Shown here: in pieces, positions 1 through 13,200 of the stretch
How positions within the stretch are numbered: position 1 is the first letter of the stretch
Layout of the letters: every line of letters starts with the position of its first letter
Assembly (NCBI RefSeq): GCF_021869535.1
Contig: NW_026262701.1
Coordinates: 31,806,001-31,870,000 of the forward strand
Reading direction: 5' to 3'
Origin: Mytilus californianus
Lineage: Eukaryota
Length of the DNA: 64,000 nucleotides
Translations under genes and position numbers: made by a program
Notes under the pieces: model-generated
What the model saw: only the letters and a program-made list of their open reading frames with translations
What the model was told of the DNA's origin: nothing
Database searches by the model: none

Positions 1-3000
1 TCAGGTAAAACAATACTGATTTCAGTAGATGTACAAAATAAAGAAATCATATAATTACAGATAAATATAATAGTAATTCACTGTCATGAAATTTTTTCAG
101 ACTAAGCTTTATTTTTAAAGATAAAGAAAATGCCCTAAGAAATTAAAGAATATAGAAATGAAGGACCCCTCCCTTCATATCCTCTTAGTACTGTATTTAT
201 TTGTGTCAAATCAATTAATTTTACACCCTTCTAAATATATGTACCTTTCATTCAAATGTTTTGTCATAATTCTTGGTATCTCCTTTCATCATTTTTGCCG
301 CGATTTTTGTTAATGGTGTGATATATCCATCAATTCAGTTAACTTCCTTCAGTTATTGTGAAAATGTTTACTTTAATTGTCTTCTGAGTAGCTGAGGTAT
401 TTTCGAGACATTACACAAGAATATATATTCCTGTAATCTTAATGGTGTTGCTGCATGAAATATGAAATTTAACCTGAAGTACAAAAGTCACCAATATCCA
501 TGATATCAGTAGAGGGGAAACATATGCTGACAAAACCCTACTTCTTTAATTATCTGAACAAAGGGTCCCGTTATAAAAATCATACGGTCACGTTTCTTTT
601 TGCTAAAGAATGGGGTCAAAACCATCTTGCCCGCGGCCCCTACCGTCCCTGACGTAATATGCGTCATGATAATGACCTGGTATTGAATTAGAAAATTAGC
701 ATTTTTTTATGTCACTTTCTAAGCGTGAGCTGGGAACAGTATAAATATATATGTTCCTAGCTGGCGTGAGTTAAAAACAAAGTGTCTATCGAATAATGAT
801 ACAAATATATTCCAAGGCCGGAAAAAATACACAACCATATTTGCTTAAAACCAAGGAAATAACCTCATATGATAACTTCCTTAAAGAGAAGTATAACGGC
901 TCTACGATGTTCTTTCAATTATTTTTTTGACTCCTCTTGAGCAGTAGAGTTGAATACATGTACTACAATTTCAATATGTTAATGGTCCCTGTTGGGCAGT
1001 GAAGTATGAATCAACTGAGCTGAAAGATCAAACCTCACAACCGGAGCTAAACAATGATTTAACTGTATATATAGGCTTAACCAGATTGTATTATATCTCA
1101 GGCTTAACTTATCTTTAATTTCAATGTCAAAAAGACAACTAAATACATGCGACATTCAATTCAACGGGAATGTATGTATTCTGTTCGAAGCTGAAAACCC
1201 AACCCTTTTTGCTGCTGCTTACAGATCTATGTTTCCATTATTAAAATCAGGGGCGGATCCAGGATTTTGGAAAGGGGGGGGGCGTAGTATTAAAGTTTGC
1301 CGAGCGGAGCGAGGCGAAAAAAATTTTGGACCTTTTTTTGGCTAAAAAACATAAAATAAGTGTAAAAAGCATTTTATAGTTAAAGTGTAGGGGTTAGATA
1401 TTTTTGGTGCCGTATTCTCTCCATCAATTGTCTATTATGAAATGATTGGATGAATCCAAAGCTATGTACTAATTAATATATTTGATGTGGGATTTGTCAG
1501 TAAAAAATGGACATGGAAAATTCTCGTTTGTTGTATGGTTAGTTAGCATAACCTCACATGCAGATTTCTTGTTGTAAACAAGATATACGGCTATTCAATG
1601 AAATTTTCAATACGACCGACACGAAGAAAGACAAACAAGCAATTTTCATCCAAATGTTTGGTTGAAATGTTTCACCTAACAAGGGAAGTGAGGGGTTCCA
1701 AATGAACTAAAGGCTACGAATGAGTCGGAAATGACAATGAAGTTGTGAATGACGGTCGACACATGGAGACATATAGGCCACACCCAGCAGGCAGGTTGCA
1801 GTCGGGCTTTGAAAAAAGTATTCAGTATATCAGTTCGACGAAACAGACATTCCGGTCAGATATGGGATTCACATGCAACCCCCCCAAAAAAATTTCGCCC
1901 GTTTTTTATTCATCATGTTTATTTAATGCTAAATAATTCTGTTGAAAATATTTTTTTCTAATAGCAAAAAAGTGGACAAGATTATTGTTTTCAATCCAGA
2001 TACGGCCAGAATTTTTGTTTAAGGCAAAAATCCGGGTCAGAATTTTTTCTCTAAAATATCTCAGACTGCCCCCTCAGATCAAATGGTCCGTACCTTAGAC
2101 TTTAAATCTATATCTAGAGCTTACTGACTGGGGTCACTATTCAGCAATGTTATTAATGGGCTGGGGCGTGTGGGGTTAAACATGTTTTCGTAGGTAAATA
2201 ATATTGCTGTGGAACTTTTTTTTCATTAGAGTGTAATAGAGTATTACTTTCTGTTGGGTTGGATTGTGAAATAGAAGTCAATACGTTCTTGCTCAATACT
2301 TTGTCGCTTTGAAGGCGTCATGCTTGTCATCCTCAGCCTAAGCAATGTGTTACTGTAATTTGAATTTCAAAATGACTGAGTGACGTTTTTTTTCGACGAA
2401 CTGGTCAACTCCACAGTAGAGAATCACATGACTTTGACATAATCAATAATATATTACAGTAAATACGAGCGAACAATATCTTTATAAGTAAAGAATTGTC
2501 GCATAAAAATTAAATACACGGGAAATGGCAAAGTCCACGAAGTCTAGTCTGATTAATCATTATATTTTAGTTTCATGCCTTTCTTTGCGAAAGAGAAATA
2601 ACTCTAGAATATCCTATGCATAAACAAGCGGCGGAAGATACAGGGGTACATTCAAAACTTATGTCGAGGGAAACTGACAATGCCAAAGCAAAAAAGAAAA
2701 AAAGAAAGACGACGAACAGAAATCTAAAGAGCAACATTTTTCAATCCTTGGACATAGAAAATGACCTTTTCTAGTGAAAACGAAATTTCCTATATGGTAA
2801 GGTTTTAAACCTGAATAGTGAATATCAAACTTTATCAAACCTTTAACAAGTCTTACATGTCTCGTAATTTAACTAAATCTGCATATCTCATTGATTGACA
2901 AAGACAGGCCCCGTCCCATCCATTTTATGCATCCTAGCAACAACCAAATTTCATCTTCTCATCTTATATCGTAAATACATTCTTATTCCGTAAAGAATAC

Positions 3001-4002
3001 ACTGAATTTCTAATTACTTTCCGGTTAAGAGGTATTGAAATGTATTAATTCTTCAGGGCATTCGCACATTATCAATTTGATTAAGCATCGACATGTCCAG
3101 CGGCAGATATTACTGTCTTTTTCCGGATAAGAAATTATTGATGCGGGAAAAAATTAAAAGAAATAGATTCTTGTTTAACACAACTATGATCTGTGTATGA
3201 AACGTCTGAAATAAACACGGAAACAAGAAATTCATCTTGAAGAATAAAAGAAGCTTTTTATCTCACTTTATTCATTTTTCATTTGATATATAGTTTTATT
3301 TTCAATCCTTTGAAATGAAGACACCAATATGTTTTTTTTTTTAAATGTTTGAAAAGAAATGGTAGTGTCAGCCATATCAAATGCAAAGTTCAACCATTCA
3401 TTTATGAGCTTGTGTGCTCACGAAAGTATGGCTATAGATAGGACAAACAAGACAAAAAGAGAGAGAGAAAAATAGAAAAGCTCTCACCATGCATCCTGTA
3501 TACATCTTTTGCTGGCATGATTTCACCTCATATTGAAATAAGAACAGAAGGAGATCATGAGCTTCAAGCAGGCTTTTTTTGTGATGTCATGGATCTTCAT
3601 CCGGATATGTCTGTTATGTTCCCACCCACATTACCTTCATTCAACTTTTAATTAGCACATGTTTGTTCCTTTAGTAATATGCTTATCCTTTATTAAGGTA
3701 GTTAATAAATTAAGTTCAGATAATAATATTTCAATAGAAGAACATGTCGAAACTGATGATTTGAGAGTTATTGAGAGTTATTGAGGGTTATTAGTTTTTA
3801 TTACATATACTACAAATACTGTAGACTACCTTATTTTTGCAAACAGATTTTTGGTTTTCAGTTCTCTCCAGTTAACTTTGTGTTGATTTATTTTTTTTAT
3901 TGTCGTTACTTTCCAACATTGAGTATTCTTACGAGAGGAGATCCAAGTTTGACATATATGGGACAACTTATATTTGAGGTATTTTCTACTCATTATATAA
4001 CA

Positions 4003-4662
4003 TGAATAAACTGTTGACACAGAGATATGTCTCGCCTGTCCGCATAAAATTCAGAAAAAGACAATCTGATGGACAGCAACATTGATTATAAATTCAAAGT
4101 TGCTGGACCATGATCTTGTGGGCTAGGTCTAGAAATGCCTCAAAAAAGCCAGCAAACAGATATGTACTGATAGTAATGCAACACCATACAAAATATCATT
4201 GATCTATCGCAAGTAGATCTTATCAAACTAACTCAAGCAGAAAACTTAACATTGAATATTACTTATTAATTCTAAGTCACTGGACCACGATCTTGTGGGC
4301 AGGGCCTAGAAATGGTTGACAAACTGAGATGTACAGATAGTAATGCGACTTCATACAAAATATCATTGATCTATCACAAGTAGAACCTATCAAACTAACT
4401 TAAGCAGAAAACTTAACATTGAAAATTGATTATTAATTCAAAGTTGCTGGAACATGACCTAGGGGGCAGGGCCTCGAAATAGTCGTCAAATTGATATGTA
4501 CTGATAGTAATGCAACTTGATATTAAATATCAATGATCTATCACAAATAGTTCCTATCAAACTAACTTAAGCAGAAAACTTAACAATTTTTGACGCCACC
4601 GTCGCAGCAGGAAAAACGATCCCTATGTCTCAATTTCCACGACTTTCGTCGCAGGCAAGACA
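4003..4662. mobile_element. HINE-like element with three internal repeats of about 175 bp
   Basis: Starts AATAAACTGTTGACACAGAGATATGTCTCGCC; units begin near 4092, 4270 and 4436; ends with a GTCTC..GCAGGCAAGACAA hairpin. Confidence 0.65.
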
Positions 4663-5726
4663 ATAATCTGCTCACAAAAGTATGTTGGTTTACAGTAGTG
4701 TGTTTACATAAACCGAATCTTTAGTTCCAACCAATTTGATACTTATCAGAAAGTCGATCATTTCAATATTAGGGCCTTTAAGAAAGGATGTATGGCAAAG
4801 TTATTGAAATAATGAATGAGAGATCATATGTTTAATATTTTTATTCATCCTAAAATATCTTTGTCATGGTGAGAATATTAATGAATGAATCACAGAAGCA
4901 CATAATAACAAAATACAAAATGTAAACATGTTTATGAAATGTATAACAATTAGGTACATGAAAATATGAAAATTACTATTAAATCAAATTGTGTTCAGAA
5001 TGAATCTTATCAGTCTTAGGTCTATTGTACTTTACTAATGAATAGGTTTAATTCTAATTCAATAAACAAAATGAAAATAAAACTTAAAAACAACTTTTTC
5101 TGCTAAAGCTTCTTCTATGGGGTCTAGGGTAATGGGTTAACTTCCCAAAAAGAACTCTATATCAAATATCAAACTGTGGATGGTTGTGATTAAAAAAATA
5201 TTGTCCTGCAACACTTATCGTGTTTCAATAGTAGATATTCAATATGTGACAGTACCTAAGTTTTCTATTCTTTATGCAAGATACACAGGATAAAGTATCT
5301 TCCTAATGACAGGTACTTTCCTGAAGAATATCTCCATAAAATAACATAAAAATAACAACATGCTCTTTAATATAACAATGTAGACATTGTGCATATCATT
5401 ACAATTAAAAATAAAATGCTTCGCTGAGTGCAGCCTGATACGACTGCAGATGTCGATCCCTGAACAGTTGGGGCAAGTTTGGACACAATATTCAAGCTTG
5501 ATACTGTCTGAATTTGGATTGTGATCAAATTTTTGACATAATATAGGTTTCTGACACAAAATAAATGTGGTCAAAGATCTTAAAAATCTATTGCGCAATA
5601 CTTTCAATTGAAGATTTCTTCTTGAAACTTTTCAAAATATTTGAAATTTCAAAAATTTTGAAGAAAAAAAATTGGGAAAAAAAGTCCCCCCCCCCCCAAT
5701 CTTTTTGACCACCCTTGGAGTAATTA

Positions 5727-6226
5727 CCCCTAAACTCAATCCCAGCCTTTCCTTTGAGGTATGTAACCTTGTAGTACAATTTTAGAGAGATCCTTACACT
5801 TAAACACAAGTTATTGTCTGGAAACTAGAAAAATGCTTGTTTTTGGCCCCTTTTTTGCCCCTAATTCCTTTATGTTTGGAGCAATTACCCCCAAACTCAA
5901 TCCCAGCCAACCCTTTGTGATATGGAACCTTGTGGTACAATTTCAGTGAGATCCATACACTTACATACAAGTTATTGTCCGGAAACTACGAAAATGCTTG
6001 TTTTTGGCCCCTAATTCCTAAACTGTTGGTACCATAACCCCAAAAGTAATCCCAACCTTCCTTTTGTGGTATTGAACCTTCTTGAAAAATTTCATAGAGA
6101 TCCATTCATTTAAACTAAAGTTATTGTCCGGAAACCAAATGTGTATTCGGACGACGACGACGTCGACGCAGATGACAACATCATAGAATTATACGAACCC
6201 AAAAAATTTGTTGCGGTCGTATAAAA
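5727..6226. mobile_element. HINE-like element with three repeats of about 150-160 bp and a (GAC)n tract
   Basis: CCC(C/T)AAACTCAATCCCAGCC-type units at about 5727, 5889 and 6035; GACGACGACG tract; ends TATACGA..GGTCGTATAAAAA. Confidence 0.6.
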
Positions 6227-7282
6227 ACAGCAGTTGTGAAAGTTTTTTTTCAAAGTATTTAGATATTTGTGGATTTTAGTATCGTTTGTGGGTTTACAAA
6301 TCTTGCGGATTATAGTACTATTTGTGGGGTTACAAATCTTGTGCATTATAGAATTATTTGTGGGGTTACAAATCTTGTGGATTTCATGGGTTAAGGTTAA
6401 CCATTAATGTAAGTGTTTAAGAAAATCCTAATTTTCTGCAGGCTTGTATGGAGAATTTGTTAAAACCATGAAATCTATTGCTAGTATCCATTAAAATAAA
6501 TGTTTTCCTCAATCCACAAAAAAATTGGTACCCACAAAAATTAAAAGAATCTGCAATATGTAAAACTTATTGAATAATATGGTTTTAGCAAACCAAAGCA
6601 TTCAGAAAAATTTGTACCCACTTTACAAATCACACCTATATTAACATGAGAAAATCTAGAGACAGAAATGGACAAACACATAAACTGTCCTGATGATGAT
6701 GACGACGATGAAAAGGTTAATGATATCACATACAGTATTGAATGGTGAACACTATCATTATATTGGCAAAAATAACAAATATCTACAATCAGATACACAT
6801 CCCTGCTCCTTTTTCAAAATTGAACTTGGATGGATGTTTAATCAGTTATTAAAAAGGATATTAACTATACTAAGCTCTTTATTACAGCTATGTCTACTCA
6901 AAATCTAAAAGTATTTACACATCTCTCCCTTACATAAGAGTTTAAGGTATCTCTTAAACACTGAAATGTCAGAAATATTTCAAGTATCAGACAGAAGTGA
7001 TTTCATTCTGATCAGCTTAGATGAGTATTAATGCAATCCTCTACAAATATCACTTTCTTCCTTTGAAAAGCATAGACTTTTAGACTTATTAAGCAAAAAA
7101 CATTTTTTGGTAAGGCCAATATAAAAAATATTCTTTGAAATGTGAAAAATGAGATGAAAGTAAATACTAACAACTTTTAAAGTCCTGAGAGTAGTATAAT
7201 AATTACCATAAACATCAATAACCATAACTCTAATTGTGCATGTTTAAATCCAAATAAATTAAATATTTAAAACAATTTTTCA

Positions 7283-10200
7283 TCATAACTGACTGTTGAC
7301 AGAATCTAATGTAATGTCTGGGCTGGACTGTTCTTTGGTTAAGTCTTTTGAAGTACGATTTGTACGAATCGGAGGGACAGAGTCTTTATCAGCAGCATCA
7401 CAGATTCTTTGGACTAGAAAGTTAAAAGGTTCTGGTCTGTCAGCATATACATGATGTCCAGCACCTCTTACAACCTGAAATCAAACAGATGCAATGAGAT
7501 TTTCTTCTTATATTCTTAGCATTTGATATTCATTTAATAAACTGTTAACACAGAGATATATCTCACCTTTTTGTTATTTTGATAGTAAAATGTAAATGTT
7601 GAAATTAAAATAGCAATACTTTAACATTTAAGTTATGCAAAATATTCAAAGTCAATGAACCTTGACTGAAGTTACAGGGCCAAACAATCTCCATGGAAAT
7701 GAGATGTGCCAATGCTAATACAACTGCATACCAAATATCATTGACCTACCACTATTGGTTCCCCATAAACTGACCTAATCACAAACTAATACATGTAAAC
7801 TAACCAAAATTTGCAAAGTCATTAGACCATGACAATGGGGGTGGGCCAAATAATCTTCATGGAAATGAAATGTGCTAATGCTTATACAACTCCATGCCAA
7901 ATATCATTGATCTACCACTAATAGTTCCATAAACTGACCTAATCACAAACTAATACATTGTTGACGCTGCCACCGCCACCATAACAACATACCTGTGTCT
8001 CGCTTTTTGACTCCTTCAAGGCGAGACAAAAATCTACAGTGATTTTTGAATATTTTCTATTCAAATTTTCCCCCCAAAATCTGAATTTTTGAAATAAAGG
8101 ATTTACAGTTGAATTTTATCTGAAAAGTGCTCTCAACATATTTAATAGAATAATTCATATGAAAATTTCAGGAAACTGATGCAATGCTCAAAGACAAAAA
8201 TTCAATTGCAGCATTCTATTTTCTCACAATAGTAAGGATTAGACTATTTCTGTTTCATTGCTTTTGAAAATATAATGATTTGTATGAACTCAAGGTCCGC
8301 ATTAGGATGTGTTCAGGGCTAGTCCAGGGATTCATCACTTTTTATAGTGGGGAGTCCCATCTGATTCTACAGAGTACATACATGTAGAACATCTTTTTGT
8401 ATAGTTCTGATCTGAGCAATGGAATTCTATTTGGTACTTATTGGGTAGTTGACCTCTGACAGCCTTTTTAGGTTTGACCTGCTGGGTCTTCCATGAATGG
8501 AATGTCAGGCTGATCAAAGTGTCAGAATGGGATTTTAACATTGGATAAGTTAACAGAACATATTAAACAAACAAAACAAATTTTTTGTACCCCTCAAAGT
8601 CCTTATATACCAATACATGTAGTAGTACTGTCCAAAACAGAAAACCAAGCATTCAAGATGCTTGTACACTCCATAACAAGAACCTTGCAATCAAATAGCA
8701 AAACTAATGACTGATATATGTATTGACTTAAATTGGGTAACAAATTATGAAACGTTTATACAAACAAAGCAAGCAAGCCAACCAAACCTTTAAACTACCG
8801 GTACAAGCATTATGAAAATAGCTCTAAAGGAATGTAGTAATGGGTAATTGCTGTAAGGACAATTATAAAATTTTTGTCTGCTAATACTCATTCAAATTTC
8901 ACTACAATGCAGTCCTTAAAATTAGACAAATAAATAAAACAAAATTACTAGTCCACAAGATTACATCCAACAAATTCTTTTCAATATATACTAACATCTG
9001 TCCATTATTATTTTTATATGAGTAACATAAAATTAGTCAATTATATATTTCTATGAATGCACTTGATGCAAAGTTTAATAAAGGGGTGTCAGTAGAAACT
9101 CAAAACACTAAACCTTTTATAATGTTAACCACATCCAATTTACCTGTACATCTACGTAACTCTCATGGCGTAAATATTTAGCATGAAATCCAGTATTACT
9201 ATCTACCCATGATCTTGAACCATAAATAAATGTTACTGGAAGATCAGTTCTGATGTCTGCTATTCTGTGCATCATTGGTCTCTTTGCCCAACCAAATGAG
9301 GTATTCATGGTTTTGAATGCAGACTCACCACTGTAAAAAAATAAATAATTTGAATATTTAAAACTCAGTGCTGAATATAAAGTCATCAAAGTTATTTAGA
9401 CAGTTGTTGTTCTTGTTTTATATTTTTCTTGAGGGAGGGGTATCATAATTTCATTTTTTTTCATTTTTATTGGGTTTGTGAGTGTAATTTATCCAATTAT
9501 CATTTAATAAAATTGAGAATGGAAATGGGGAATATGTCAAAGAGACAACAACCCAACAAAAGAGCAGACAACAGCCGAAGGCCACCAATGGGTCTTCAAC
9601 GCAGCGAGAAAATCCCACACCAGGAGGTGGTCCTCAGCTGGCCCCTAAATAAAATTGTGTACTAGTTCAGTGAAAATGGACGTCACACTAAACTCCAAAA
9701 CATATAAATGAACTAAAATTAAAAAACATACAAGACTATCAAAGGCCAGAGGCTCCTGATTTGGGACAGGCGCAAAAAAATAAACCATGTTTTCTTCATG
9801 AAGGGATTGAATTAAATACTGTATGGAAGTAAACCCCCTTTCCTAAAAAAAAATCCTTTAACACAATAGCATTTAATGTTCACATCATTTGCCACATGAT
9901 TTTGTAAATTGAAAATCTATTAGAAAAACAAAGGATATGGGGTATCAATCCATGATACAAGATCAGTACATGCAAAGCAAAAAACACACAAAAAGCAAAG
10001 GAATGATTAAAGTTACAAAAACAGGTAAAACTGTGAGCTACTGCTCACTGATGATACCCCCGCCGAAATATTTCGGTAAACAGGAAGTTGTTGAGTGATG
10101 AATCTGAAAACGCACCACACAGTATAGGTGACTTATATAAACCCTGAAACCAAATTTTAGAAATCTTTGTCAAGTAGTTCCTGAGAAAAATGTGACGAAA

Positions 10201-13200
10201 ATTTTCAACTTGGCTATCATGTGTAAAATAATACAAGTGTTCGGTAAACAGGAAGTTGTTGAGTGATGAATCTGAAAACGCATCACACAGTGTAACCTAC
10301 TTATATAAACCCTGAAACCAAATTTCAGAAATCCTTGTCAAGTAGTTCCTTAGAAAATTGATGAAAATATTCATGGGACGGACGGACTGACGGATGGACT
10401 GACTGAAGGACAGACAGAGGTAAAACAGTATACCCCCACTTTTTTAAAGCGGGGGTATAATAAGCACAAATTATTAATAAATTGCTTGACACAGGAATGA
10501 ATAGGATCTAACAAATGATCAACTCACTGCACTAAAGTTGTGTGTAGAAGATGGCTGATAAATTGTTATCAAGCCAATGGCTAGGTATTCAACATGTTCA
10601 ATTGCACTTGGTACAATCATATCTCCAAACTGAAATTTATACCCTACTAAGGTATATATATGCTTCCTTTAAATTTTTATGTTTGATGGTAACAATGAAT
10701 TATGAAACCCATGATCAAACTCCTTTCTACCTGAACTCCTTTCTTTTTGACAAACCCTGAAAACTGAAAACCACAACTGGTAATACAAGATTAATATATG
10801 GGTTTATTCTAAAATTATAATTTCAACTTATATCTATTGTGTATTATGTATGTATTTTTGTAATTGAAATTTGCTCATTGTTGAAGGCTGTAATTTGACC
10901 TATAATTGTTAACTTCTATGTCATTTGGTCTCTGTTGGAGAATTGTCTCATTGGCAATCATACCACATCTTCTTATTTTTATATTTTGTCACCATGTTTG
11001 ACTGCTTGTGTAAATCCTTCCTTCTGGTGGGGTTTGTGTTGCTCAGTCATTAGTTTTTTACATAGTATTTTGTAGACTGTTTTTTTTATCAAAGTAATAA
11101 TTGGAGATACCCATAGTTCGACTCAAACAAATACTGTTATTTGACAGACCAACAGACACAACTCCTGCTTAGCTTGGTAAGGCTAAAATAAATACAGATG
11201 AATATGAGTAGGGAATCGACTTTTCAGTCTGATATCAATGTATCTGTATGAAATGGTATTTTATTATTATGAAAAAATCATATTTGGTAACTTTTTCATC
11301 CTGTGCTTGTTGAATGAGAAAGAAAATAGGTTATTGGCTTTCAATAACCAAACAATCTAAGCATGATTCAGGTATATCCCAGATTTGAGTATATTTAGAT
11401 TTCTCTTCATTTTCTTTTATTTCCATCTTTTTCATTTTTCGGCAAAAGAATACAAAAGATTGAAGACTCCTATTGAGTAGTTTTGAGTAATTCAATTCCT
11501 GTGATTTCATTATTTTTCATGGGATACCAATTTTTGTGGATTTTGTGGGTGCTGATGAACCATCAATTTGAATATTCAATGATTGAAGTACAAATTTCCT
11601 GTAGGTTTGTATGCAGATTTTTGTAAAACCAGAAAAATTAAATATCAACAAAAATACCATATTTCCTTAATCCACGAAAATGGTACCCAAAAAAGTAAAT
11701 GGATCCACAATAATCCTTAAGCTCATTAATATATGACTACAGTAAATTAATTATAAAACATTTAAAATAATTTTTCGTAATTTATATATCGCTATTAATC
11801 TGTTATGGTGATCAAAGATTATCTTCGGTAAACACTCATTGATATAAGGATTGTCATAAATCAATATATAGTGGTCAGTGACAGGAAATTTATTTACAGG
11901 TGTATTGTCAGATAAACCTGTGATTTATTTTTAATCCCTGAGGTCATATATTGATATACATGTATTTGTTTGAGATAACTTACACAATTTAAATGCTTTT
12001 GTTAACCTTTTGACCTAAAATTTGGTTTGAGACAATCAAATTTTAACTCATTAAATTTGGACTCATCAGGAGTCGAAATACATATTTATTTATGAGACCA
12101 GGGGAAAATTTTGACTCATATGAAATTTCAGGTCAAATGAGTTTGAGACAACAAGAGAGTTAACTGTATATAATGTAGATATAAATGATTTTCTATATCA
12201 GGTTATAAAAATTTCAAATTAACATTTCATTTTGCATTTTGTGTGTTTATTGTACATTGTACATTACTTGATTGCTGTTTTTAACAAACACTTGTAGTGT
12301 TATAAGTAGCAAATCTGACCACAACTAAACAATCCATATTGATATGTTTTTAATACAAGTTAGTATACCTTGGGGTCTGTGCATTACAATGGTAAATGTA
12401 ATCAAATATCGTATCATCCTCTTCTGATTCACCAAACTTTCTTTGTAAATCAGGTCTAAATTTCTTTACTAGGCCTGGTCCTGAAACATTTTAATGTTTT
12501 TTTTTAATAATATTTTTGACAAAAAAAATGTTTGAAGTCGATTGATTAACATTTTTACTTGAAATAATGAATTAAACTTACCTTTCGATGTTACATACGA
12601 TTGGATTTCTCTCTCACTGATATGAATAGTAGGAGACATGTAATATACTTAAATGAATTAACAATGGGTCTGTAGAAATACCACAAAGGACCTCCTTAGT
12701 GCACTAAGAACAGGATTCCGCATTAGGGACCAGATGGGATGATATAATTAGCACAAAGGAATAAAATGTTGAAGTAGACTATGTTAAAATAAATAATTAA
12801 CAAGAATGTGTCCATATAACACGGATGCCCCACTCCACTCGCACTATCATTTTCTATGTTCAATGGACTGTGAAATTGGGGTCAAAACTCTAATTTGGCA
12901 TCAAAATTAGAAAGATCATATCAAAGGGAACATGAATTGTGTACTAAGTTTCAAGTTGATTGGACTTCAACTTCATCAAAAACTACCTTGACCAAAAACT
13001 TTAACCTGAAGCGGGACAGACAGACGGACGAATGGACCAGAAAACATAATGCACCTTCTTCTATCGTAGGTGGGGCATAAAAATTTTATAATTATATCTT
13101 TAATAATTACGAAGTTACTTAAAGCTTTATCGACATGTGCCACAATCAACTGATTGTCACCTGTGTGTAATCGATTGAAATTCATGTTCATTCAACCAGG

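Noticed and set aside
6285-6385. Another tandem of about 37 bp (3 units) linked to the ABHD copy B minisatellite
   Set aside because: The sequence is unrelated (TTTGTGGGGTTACAAATCTTG..) and belongs to a dispersed repeat also seen near 11520.
6650-6748. Acidic peptide ENLETEMDKHINCPDDDDDDEK.. as an exon
   Set aside because: It is preceded by an in-frame stop, has no convincing acceptor or partner exons, and is driven by a (GAT/GAC)n tract.
8335-8541. 68-aa minus-strand ORF as an alternative ABHD exon
   Set aside because: No ABHD similarity, and the flanking exons already join in phase.
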